From contig CAVQUM010000003.1 of the NCBI GenBank assembly GCA_963716815.1, positions 261,320 to 325,319 of the forward strand: a stretch of 64,000 nt of DNA. The letters are read 5' to 3'. The translations under genes and the position numbers were made by a program. Positions 53,533 through 61,192 of this stretch are shown one piece after another (position 1 is the stretch's first letter; each line of letters starts with the position of its first letter). This DNA is from an uncultured Chloroflexia bacterium (GTDB lineage: Bacteria > Chloroflexota > Limnocylindria > Limnocylindrales > CSP1-4). The notes under the pieces are model-generated. The model was not told the origin of the DNA. It worked only from the letters and a program-made list of their open reading frames with translations, and made no database searches.

Positions 53533-53605
53533 GCCCATGCCTAACCCATGAGCATGTGCGAAGCGACGGCCGTGTCAAGCCAGGTGTCGATGCTGTTCTT
53601 CTGCC
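53533..53605. repeat. Segment X, copy A: about 73 nt directly 3' of tRNA-Arg, repeated at 57607..57678
   Basis: My hand alignment gives roughly three-quarters identity (gcccatgcctaacccatgagcatgtgcgaagcg... against gctcatacccaacctatgagctgtgcgaggcg...). A conserved 7-bp hairpin lies at its start. Confidence 0.6.
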
Positions 53606-53642
53606 GTCGGCCGCTGGCCGGACTCGGCGCGCTACGGTCAGG

Positions 53643-53853
53643 GAAATCGGAAAAGACTCCTCGCCTCGACCCCTCGTACACATAGAGGTCGGTGCCACGT
53701 GCTTCACTAGCACGGACGCAGACCGGTTCGGGAGAGGAGGGGTATGGATCCGGAGGTCGTGGTGCGAGCGCAACACGGTGACGAGGCCGCGTTCGAGTCG
53801 ATCTCCGTCGCCGGTTACCCGCGCCTCTATCGCATCGCCTACGGCATCCTACG
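53643..53853. repeat. Segment Y, copy A: duplicate of the ECF-sigma upstream region plus its first 37 codons (partner 59773..59983)
   Basis: About 210 nt align by eye with only scattered mismatches, from gaaatcggaaaagactcct to ggcatcct. Similarity stops abruptly at 53853/59983. Confidence 0.8.
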
Positions 53854-53854
53854 A
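53744..53854 (+). pseudogene. 5' fragment of an ECF sigma factor gene (first 37 codons only)
   Basis: 'MDPEVVVRAQHGDEAAFESISVAGYPRLYRIAYGILR' against the intact 'MDREVVVRAQHGDEAAFESITVAAYPRLYRIAYGILR' at 59874. The sequence after it is unrelated and Arg-rich. Confidence 0.75.
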
Positions 53855-53986
53855 CCTCTCGATCGCGTCGGATGGATCGGCCTGGATGGTCGTGCGTCGG
53901 AAGTCCGGGCCGGACGCGACCAGGCCCGACGGCATCTACATCCTCGATCCGGATCGCGCGACGGGTCAGCGCACCGGAGGATGACG

Positions 53987-54805
53987 ATGAAGCGCGTGAT
54001 CACGATGATGCTCCTCGCCATGGCCGTGCTCGCGCCCACGACGACGGCTCAGGACGCGTCCGCGGTCCCAGGCGCCGACGCGGCCACCTCCATACCGGTG
54101 CGCTTCGCGGTCGCCCCGACCGACCCCGCCGACGTCGACGAGCAGCCGTACTCCTTCGCTGAGCTCCAGGAGCGTGCCGACCGCGTCCACCGATCGCTCG
54201 TCGATGCGGGCTACCCGAACGTGGCCACCTCGACCCACATCACCGGCGGCGGGGTCATCCCGGTCTCGGTCCAGCAGATGGGCGATCTCCCGGCCGACCC
54301 CGACGGCGTCCTCGCCTTCGTGCCAGAGGACCTGCGAGCCGATGTCGAGCTCGATGTGACCGTGGCCCCGCCGCGTCCGTCGGCCGAGCCCGGGGCGTGG
54401 GGTCCGCTCGCGGTCGTCTATCGACCGCAGGGCTTCGGTCCGGGTGTCGGGCTGGGTCCGGTGACGCTGCGCATCGGCGACCGTTGTGTCTGGCTTGAGT
54501 CGGCGAACGGGAAGTACGCCACGACCATCGTGTGGGAAGGCAACCACGTCGACTGGCGACCGACCAACCGGCGCATCATCTTCACCGACCGCAAGGGCCG
54601 GACCGTAAGCCTCTCCGATAGGGATCGCATCGAGGGCGGCGGCGTCAGCATCTGGCGGCCCGTGGGCGAGGGGAGCTCTGATCAGCCGCGGGCAGACTCG
54701 ATCCTGGAGGCCATGACCGCCGTGCCCGACGACGATTGGCTACAGGAGCCGCACGCATCGTGTCCGGAGTCACTCTTCTTCGTGACCGAGCTGGAGGTCG
54801 AGTGA
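53987..54805 (+). CDS. Secreted hypothetical protein
   Basis: RBS ggagg lies 6 nt upstream. The signal peptide is 'MKRVITMMLLAMAVLAPTTTAQ', and the 272-aa frame is intact. Confidence 0.55.
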   Translation: MKRVITMMLLAMAVLAPTTTAQDASAVPGADAATSIPVRFAVAPTDPADVDEQPYSFAELQERADRVHRSLVDAGYPNVATSTHITGGGVIPVSVQQMGDLPADPDGVLAFVPEDLRADVELDVTVAPPRPSAEPGAWGPLAVVYRPQGFGPGVGLGPVTLRIGDRCVWLESANGKYATTIVWEGNHVDWRPTNRRIIFTDRKGRTVSLSDRDRIEGGGVSIWRPVGEGSSDQPRADSILEAMTAVPDDDWLQEPHASCPESLFFVTELEVE

Positions 54806-55887
54806 TGCGGCTCTCGATGACCATCGAGTCACACCGGCGCCTTCTCCGCGTCGCTGCGACGACCGCCCTGGTCGTGGCATCCGTGATCGGCGGAAGCGCG
54901 GCCCTCGCCGCGATCGGGCCCGAGCCGACCGAGCCGACCCTGGCGGGCACCTGGTCAAGATCCCGGACGCCCCGTGGGGCACGGTGTTCCCGGCCGCGGC
55001 CTTCACCGGAGAGGAGATGCTCGTCGTCGACCTCGAGAGCGGTCGCACGCCGAACCTACCACCCGGAGAACCGGACCTGGACCCCCACGAGACGGCACCG
55101 AAGGCGTTCGACGGCCTCAGCCCGTCGGTCTGGACCGGCACGGAGCTGCTGGTGTTCGACCGCTACAAGGCCGGCCGTTCCTACGCCTACGACCCCGAGG
55201 CGCGGAGCTGGCGCCGGCTCGCCCCCTCGCCGCTCAAGGAGCGGTGGCATGCGGAGTGGGCTGGCGGGCAGGTCGTGGTCCGCGGACGCACGAAGCTCGA
55301 ATGGGCGGCGTACGACGTGGCGGCCGATACATGGCGGTCGCTGCCGGCCCCGCCCGGCGCCCATCGGTTGTGGAGCGTGCACTGGACCGGCGACACGCTG
55401 CTCGCCGTGGCGGGTGGATACGGGGAGCGCCTTCCCCATGTGGTCGCACTGGACCTCGATACCGATATCTGGGGAAAGCCGATGAAGGGCCCAGCGGACG
55501 GGGCCCCGCGGAACCCGAGTGGATTGGCGACCAGCTCGTCTTCGTCTTCGGGTGGCCGTGGGACGACGAGCCGGTCGCCGACGCGACCTTCGACCTAGCA
55601 AGCGGCGAGTGGACCCTCGTGGACTTCGACTGTCCGATCTTGACCGGCCACGCGTCTTCGACTGGCGAGCTCTTGGTCAGCAGCCACTTCGCCCTCGATC
55701 CGGACACCGGTGTCTGTCAGGCCTTGCCCGACCGTGACCTGTGGGCGGCCTTCACCGAGGACGATGATCGGAGCTGGATCCTCAACCTCTGGACCGGCGA
55801 CCAGTTGCTGTTCTGGTCGGGGCGAACGAGGACACCAGCCCGCCCAAGACCGACGGACTCGCCTTCAGGATCGGCGTGATCCAGTGA
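54805..55887 (+). CDS. Membrane-anchored Kelch/beta-propeller-like repeat protein (paralog of 63086..64000)
   Basis: The ATG overlaps the upstream stop. The TM is 'VAATTALVVASVIGGSAALAA'. It contains 'IPDAPWGTVFPAAAF', 'WTGTELLVFD' and 'YAYDPEARSWRRLAPSPL'. About 3 frame breaks lie near 54950, 55505 and 55825. Confidence 0.5.
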
Positions 55888-55910
55888 TGAAACAGACGAG
55901 GAGGGCGAGT

Positions 55911-57510
55911 ATGGGTCTCGCACTGGCGACTTCCGCGTTGATCATGGCGTCGACGCCCGCCCTCGCCGGTGGGGGCGCGTGGTCCGCCGCGGGCGGCATC
56001 GACGAGTGCGTCGACGCAGGCGCGGAGTTCTTCACCGGTGACCTCCAAGGGGCCAGAGCACGACGTTCTGCTTCACGATGGCGCCGGGGGCGAGGGCCGC
56101 GAACTCCACCTACTTCATGTCCTTCCCTGACACCCGACCGGCATCTGCGCGAGTGATGGCCGCGAACGGCTGCTACCTGGGCGTCGCGATCCCGCAGTGG
56201 GAAGCGAAACGGCGACTCGTCGTCCGCGCTGCCGAGGGCAAGCGAAGGGTCAACGACTACGGCCTGCCCGAGAGGTACGACGGCGAGTTCAGGACGGCGC
56301 GGGCGCGCGTCGACTGCGCACGGGCTGCCAGTGCACCGCCTTCGATCCCGGCCACCCTCCCCGGGTCCGCGGTCGCGGCCGACGAGGCTCCGCTCGATCT
56401 CCTTTCGAAGCTGGAGACCGAGGAGGTCGAGCCTGGCGTGCTTCGCATCGTCTCGGACGGGCACCGTGACCTTTCCGGAGCGACCGCGGCCGATGCGCCC
56501 GAGACCTACGCGGAATACCTCGATACCCACGTCGCGCGCAACCTGGTCGTCGGGCGCGACGGTCGTGTGTGGGTCATCGAGCCTGACCGGCTCTTCCGGC
56601 TCGGGTCGCCAACCGACATCCGATGGCCACAGCCGACCCGACATGTCTCCTTCAACGACCTGGAGGTGTCGCCGGACGGCCGCTTGTGGCGCCTGGTCCC
56701 CATTCGGCGCCTCCAGTCATTCGACGGCGAGACCTGGCGTCGGCACCTCCAGCGCCAGCTCCCGTGGAGCATCGAGATGGAGCCCGACGGCACCCTGTGG
56801 GCTACCTGGACCGAGTCGGGCGTCTGCTTCGAACCCGAGGGCTGCACACCGACCCGGTTGGGACGCCGCGACCGCGAGGGCTGGTCGGTCGTCGACATCC
56901 CGAAGCTCTACCACTACTCCGGGAGCCATCTGGCGGTCACCGGCGACGGCGAGGCCTGGACGTGCTGCAAGCACGACCCACAGAAGCACGGCCCGGGGCT
57001 GCTGCGGTTCGACGGGCGACGCTGGTACGTGGAGCAGCCAGCCACCGGTGTCGATGCGGACATGGTGCTGCGCATGGATGCCGCGGAGGACGGCACCCTC
57101 TGGCTGCGTCGTTCGACATCGGCACTCGAACGCTACCGGGATGGGGTGTGGACGGTCTTCACCGATGCTGACGGCGTCCCGCCACTCGGATACACCGGCA
57201 GTGAGCTGCAGAAGCTGGTGGCCGCGCCGGACGGAGGCGTTTGGGTCGCGCCGGCGGTGTCGACGGGTCATCCCGACGACGAGCTGCGGTGCGACGGCGT
57301 GGCCCACTTCGATGGGTCGATCTGGACCCGCTATCTCCGTGACACCTGCGTCTTCTCGATGGACGTCGCGCCGGACAGATCCTCTGGCTCCAAGCCGCCA
57401 GGGTCGACATCGAGAACATCGACTCGTACCGGCTCGGCGAGACCGTGGAGCCAGTCCAGTCCTACGCCATCAGGCCGGGAGGTGGCAAGCGCTCGGCACC
57501 CGGCGACTGA
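55911..57510 (+). CDS. Secreted protein with two-component-regulator-propeller-like repeats
   Basis: RBS aggagg. The signal peptide is 'MGLALATSALIMASTPALAGG'. The repeats include 'GRDGRVWVIEPDRLFRLG', 'SPDGRLWRLV...FDGETWRR', 'EPDGTLWATW', 'AEDGTLWLRR...YRDGVWTVF' and 'APDGGVWVAP...FDGSIWTRY'. Frame breaks lie near 56050 and 57380. Confidence 0.5.
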
Positions 57511-57535
57511 GCAGGACGAGCAGGCCAGCACGTCG

Positions 57536-57608
57536 ACCCAGCGGGTACCACGCGAGCGGGTCCGACGGTTTGCTTTCCGAGCCCCCGAGTCCGTCCGGGG
57601 GCGCCAGC
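57536..57608. repeat. Right-end segment plus orphan tRNA-Arg 3' end, copy B
   Basis: 57590..57608 (tccgtccgggggcgccagc) is identical to 53516..53534. 57536..57589 aligns with 59692..59743 (acccagcgGgtaccaCgcGagcgg...ggtttgcTttccgAgcccc). Confidence 0.75.
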
Positions 57609-57678
57609 TCATACCCAACCTATGAGCTGTGCGAGGCGTCGGTCGTGTCAAGCCTGGTGCGGATGCGGTCTCCTCGGG
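57607..57678. repeat. Segment X, copy B
   Basis: See 53533..53605. It starts with the perfect hairpin gctcata-cccaacc-tatgagc. Confidence 0.6.
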
Positions 57679-57680
57679 AC

Positions 57681-57708
57681 TTGACGAGCGTAGCAACAAC
57701 TATATCGT
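57681..57708 (+). promoter_or_regulatory. Candidate sigma-70-type promoter giving a leaderless or near-leaderless transcript
   Basis: TTGACG (57681), a 16-nt spacer, then TATCGT (57703). The ATG at 57716 lies 7 nt after the -10 hexamer. This stretch is the most AT-rich in the neighbourhood. Confidence 0.4.
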
Positions 57709-57715
57709 TATCGCA

Positions 57716-58416
57716 ATGGTTGATACTACGCCTCGACCCATGGAGCGCTACCTGACGACGGCACAAGCCGCCAAGCTGCTGGGCGTTCACAGCCGCGAGT
57801 CCGTGCGCTGATCGCGAGTGGCGAGTTGCGTGCGACGAAAGCTGGACACGACTGGAGCGTCATGCGCTCGGACGTCGAGGCACGCGTCGATCGCGACGCC
57901 CCAGGAGGGCGACCCCTATCTCCCGCCTCGGCGTGGGGACTGTTCGAGCTGGCCGACGGTCGCGTCCCCGGTTGGCTGGACCGCCAACAGCGCTGGCGGG
58001 TATCGAAGTTCATCCCCCGCCTCCGTTCCGGTGATCTCAGTGGTCGCTTGGTTCGACGCGCTGTGCGTCGGCCGTTCCACGTCCATCCCGGGGTGATGGA
58101 ACGACTTCGTACGGACAGCGCGCTCATGCTGACCGGCACCTCGGTAAGTGGTCCGCTCCGACTCGGACTCACCGGCGGACCAGACAGTGTCGAGGCCTAC
58201 GTCAGCGAGCGTGATGTCGAGGACGTCGTGCGGCGCTACTTCCTGGAGCCAGCCGACGACGATGCCAACGTCCTCCTGCGCGTCGTCCCGGACCTCGGCT
58301 CATCCTGGCTGTCCCGTGAGGTCGCGCCATCCGCAGCCGTGGCACTCGACCTGCTGGAACACCCGGACCCACGAGCCCGCCAGGCCGGGCGTGATCTGTT
58401 GCGAGCCAAGCCGTGA
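57716..58416 (+). CDS. HTH (excisionase/MerR-like) DNA-binding protein with a C-terminal domain; candidate AbiEi/MenA-like antitoxin
   Basis: Contains 'YLTTAQAAKLLGVHSRESVRALIASGELRATKAGHDWSVMRSDVEARV', with a frame break near 57800. An approximately 170-aa C-terminal domain follows. It overlaps the next gene by 4 nt (GTGA). Confidence 0.55.
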
Positions 58417-59150
58417 CGGATGTCACCGCGCTGCATCCAGTCGACCAGCAGCAGGCTGCCGTCTGGCGGCTGGCGAAGGAGGTGGCGTCGGCGTTCGCCG
58501 GGTTGCCGTTCGTCCTGATCGGCGGCCTGATGGTCCAGCTGCTCGAGGCCGAACGCGGAGTTGTCAGCGGCTTCGCGACCGGCGACATGGATGTCGTCCT
58601 CGACGTCCGCCCTCTAACGGGTGCGACAGCACGTGCCGCAGCCGCGTCGGTGGATGCCGGCTTCGCGCCTGAGCGATACGACGACGACCTGACCTACAGG
58701 TTCGTCCGTGGCGACGACGTCGTGGACCTGCTCGCTCCCGACCATCTCGGTGTCCGGACGAGCATCGTGACCGTGCCGCCCGCCTCGACCCTCCCTGCGC
58801 TCGGAGCCCGCCAGGCGCTGAACCGCCTCCGGACCGTCCGGGTCGATGCCGGAGACGGCGCGTTCGACTTGCCCGTGCCGTCACTGACCGGCGCCATCGT
58901 GCTCAAGGCCAGGGTCGTGGAGAGCGCGGCTGGGCGAGCGAGCCTTCCGAAGCACGAGCGCGACCTAGCCCGACTCCTGGCACTCGTCGAGGACCCGGAC
59001 ACTGAGGCGGCGGGGCTGACCCACAAGGAGCGTGGCTACTTGCGCGCACGTGGCGACATGGCTGACACCCGCCATCGAGCGTGGCGCGGGATCGAGAACC
59101 CACTTGACGGGGTCGCCGCCCTCCGCATCCTCGCGGCCGACCGAGCCTGA
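58413..59150 (+). CDS. Pol-beta-fold nucleotidyltransferase; candidate AbiEii/MenT-like toxin
   Basis: 245 aa, intact. It contains 'FVLIGGLMVQLL...TGDMDVVLD' (G-G ... D-x-D), 'VVDLLAP', 'AIVLKARV' and 'KHERDLARLLAL'. Confidence 0.55.
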   Translation: MTDVTALHPVDQQQAAVWRLAKEVASAFAGLPFVLIGGLMVQLLEAERGVVSGFATGDMDVVLDVRPLTGATARAAAASVDAGFAPERYDDDLTYRFVRGDDVVDLLAPDHLGVRTSIVTVPPASTLPALGARQALNRLRTVRVDAGDGAFDLPVPSLTGAIVLKARVVESAAGRASLPKHERDLARLLALVEDPDTEAAGLTHKERGYLRARGDMADTRHRAWRGIENPLDGVAALRILAADRA

Positions 59151-59277
59151 TCTGGCCTAAGGGCTGATAGCGGCCGAACCTCGACGCGGCCCTCCATGCC
59201 GTAGTGGTTGCGTTCGTCGTCATGCGCATCGCGCCCAGCGGCATGATCGCCGTGATGTCGGTGCTCTTGCTGTTCGC

Positions 59278-59394
59278 ATGATGGCCGGCGTCCTGCGCAT
59301 CGCCATGGTCGTCCTGATGCCTGAGGTCTTCTTGCCGGTCGTGTTCCTGATCATCCACTTCGTCGTGCTCATCATCATCCTCGGCGTGCCTTAG
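59278..59394 (+). CDS. Candidate 38-aa hydrophobic peptide
   Basis: 'MMAGVLRIAMVVLMPEVFLPVVFLIIHFVVLIIILGVP*'. By hand count, wobble positions are G/C in 36 of 38 codons, against about 24 of 38 for the codon-aligned antisense His/Asp-rich ORF 58903..59619. Confidence 0.3.
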   Translation: MMAGVLRIAMVVLMPEVFLPVVFLIIHFVVLIIILGVP

Positions 59395-59691
59395 ATCGCC
59401 GTGCCCGTGGTGATGATCGTACGCGATCCACGTGGTCCCGGTGCCCGTGCTTGTCGCGCCCGTTCTCGTCATAGCCTGCTCTACCGGATCGGCAGCAGCA
59501 GGGCCGGCGCCAGCAGCGTTGGCAGTAGCGGTTGTGGTACCGGCAGCGTCGTCGCCGCCAACCACATCATCGGCGGCGGTGGCTTCGTCATCGCTGTCAC
59601 CAGCAGAAGTCGGCGACATGAGAGTCTGGATAGACCCTCACTGGACGACCGGTTCCGGCGACCTGCGGAGCCGATCTGACGGCTACTCGCT

Positions 59692-59761
59692 ACCCAGCGC
59701 GTACCAAGCCAGCGGTCGGGTGGTTTGCCTTCCGCGCCCCTTCATCCGTCCGGGGGCGCCA
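59692..59761. repeat. Right-end segment plus orphan tRNA-Arg 3' end, copy C
   Basis: 59744..59761 (atccgtccgggggcgcca) is identical to 53515..53532. The upstream 52 nt align with 57536..57589. Confidence 0.75.
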
Positions 59762-59772
59762 TGGCCACGCAC

Positions 59773-59983
59773 GAAATCGGAAAAGACTCCTGGACTCAAC
59801 CCCTCGTGCACATAGAGGTCGGCCGGGCGTGCTTCACTAGCATGGAGACAGACCGGTTCGCAACAGGAGGGGTATGGATCGGGAGGTCGTGGTGCGAGCG
59901 CAACACGGTGACGAGGCCGCATTCGAGTCGATCACCGTCGCTGCCTACCCGCGCCTCTACCGCATCGCCTATGGCATCCTGCG
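59773..59983. repeat. Segment Y, copy C: native ECF-sigma upstream region plus 5' coding end
   Basis: See 53643..53853. Confidence 0.8.
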
Positions 59984-60434
59984 CGAGCACGGTGCCGCCG
60001 ACGATGCTGCCCAGACCGCGCTCGTGGACATCTGGCGCCGCCTCCCACGACTGCGTGGCCCTGAGAAGTTCGACGGTTGGTCGTACCGGCTGCTGGTCCG
60101 CATCTGCTACGCCGAGGCCAAGCGCCGGCCGAAGTGGCTGCCCGGCGAAGCCATCACGCGCTCGGTCGAGCCTCGCGCCGCCGATCCGTTCGGCACCGTG
60201 CTCGACCAGGACCAGCTGGAGCGGGCGTTCGGGGCCCTGACCGTCGACCACCGCGCGGTCATCGTCCTGCGCTACCTGCTGGACCTGCCCCTCGAGCAAG
60301 TGGCGCAGGCGCTCGACATCCCCGTCGGCACGGTCGGCTCGCGACTCCATCGTGCACTCGAGGTCCTGCGCGCGAGCGTCGAGGCTGGCGAACGCACCGC
60401 ACCGCTCGAAGCCAACTCGGAGGGACGCTCATGA
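59874..60434 (+). CDS. ECF-type RNA polymerase sigma-70 family factor
   Basis: 186 aa, intact, with RBS aggagggg. Region 2 is 'AAFESITVAAYPRLYRIAYGIL...AQTALVDIWRRL' and region 4 is 'VIVLRYLLDLPLEQVAQALDIPVGTVGSRLHRA'. Confidence 0.88.
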   Translation: MDREVVVRAQHGDEAAFESITVAAYPRLYRIAYGILREHGAADDAAQTALVDIWRRLPRLRGPEKFDGWSYRLLVRICYAEAKRRPKWLPGEAITRSVEPRAADPFGTVLDQDQLERAFGALTVDHRAVIVLRYLLDLPLEQVAQALDIPVGTVGSRLHRALEVLRASVEAGERTAPLEANSEGRS

Positions 60435-61111
60435 GCGACGAGCTGTTCACCCCGTTCGTGCAGTCCTGGCTCCGCTCGAGCGACCTGGTGCCACCGGAGC
60501 CCCTCGACCGAGCCGACCGCGTGATGGCTCGCGTCCGGTCCACGCGCCAGCTCGGCCGCCACTGGCCACCGGAGGTCTTGGTGACCGAGGTCAAGCCGCC
60601 CACCGACGGAGCCGACTTCGGCGGCCTCCCCGCTCGGGCTCGGCAGGTCCGCTGGCTGCCGAGCCGGTTCTCGGTCGTCATCGCGATGCTCGTCGCGGTG
60701 GTGGCACTGCTGACCGCCAACCTGCTCCTGCTCGACCCGGCACCGATCGAGCAGCGAAGCGTCGTCCCACTCCCGGGAGCCGAGGAATCCGCCGCGCCGG
60801 CCAAGGCCATCGGCTGGATCACCCAACCCGTTCGGCTCGAAGCGGACGCGCTGCGACTCCACCTCGGCGACGCCGTCGCGACGGGCGCAGCCGAAGCCTC
60901 GGTCGAGGGCTCTGGAGACCAGGCTCGCCGGCGAGAGCTGGCAGTCGACTGGCGTGAGAACGACACGTGGTACCAGCTGCAGTTGTACCTCGCTGCCGAC
61001 GACACGCACTGGTGGATCAGCGAGCTCATCACCACCGACGGCACCGAGGCCGGCAACACCGTCACCTTCGATACCGCGTCCCTGCCTCGGATCCGCTCGG
61101 AGACGCGCTGA
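60431..61111 (+). CDS. Single-pass membrane protein translationally coupled to the ECF sigma (candidate anti-sigma factor); it may continue into the next ORF
   Basis: ATGA overlap with the sigma stop. The cytoplasmic N-terminus is 'MSDELFTPFVQSWL' and the TM is 'FSVVIAMLVAVVALLTANLLLL', followed by an extracytoplasmic domain. There is no zf-HC2 motif. Confidence 0.55.
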   Translation: MSDELFTPFVQSWLRSSDLVPPEPLDRADRVMARVRSTRQLGRHWPPEVLVTEVKPPTDGADFGGLPARARQVRWLPSRFSVVIAMLVAVVALLTANLLLLDPAPIEQRSVVPLPGAEESAAPAKAIGWITQPVRLEADALRLHLGDAVATGAAEASVEGSGDQARRRELAVDWRENDTWYQLQLYLAADDTHWWISELITTDGTEAGNTVTFDTASLPRIRSETR

Positions 61112-61192
61112 TCGACGATCTTCGACTCGTGGGCACGCCCGACACCGACAGCACCCTGACCGGGCCGGTCGACCTGGAGTTCGACGGATTCG

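Larger units (their letters stand above)
53533..57589. mobile_element. Putative degenerate integrated island 1 at tRNA-Arg; no integrase present
   Basis: Bounded by the intact tRNA 3' end and an orphan copy of that end at 57590..57608. Its termini (X-A, and 57536..57589) resemble those of island 2. The cargo is three secreted or repeat proteins plus the duplicated segment Y. Confidence 0.4.
57609..59743. mobile_element. Putative miniature integrated module 2 (about 2.1 kb) bracketed by orphan tRNA-Arg 3' ends; no integrase
   Basis: The flanking repeats are 57590..57608 and 59744..59761. There is an AT-rich patch at 57690..57725 and a two-gene HTH/NTase cassette. Its left and right termini are homologous to those of island 1. 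Confidence 0.5.

Noticed and set aside
53744-54805. A 353-aa chimeric 'sigma-fragment-lipoprotein' fusion ORF
   Set aside because: Between the 37-codon sigma fragment and the signal peptide the frame is Arg-rich junk. The secreted protein has its own RBS and ATG at 53987, so the fusion is incidental read-through.
58903-59619. The His/Asp-rich 238-aa ORF as a metal-binding protein
   Set aside because: This rejection is tentative. The ORF has poor wobble G/C by hand count, no convincing RBS and a 250-nt overlap with the convergent NTase gene. It is the codon-aligned antisense of a hydrophobic + strand ORF with much better wobble bias.
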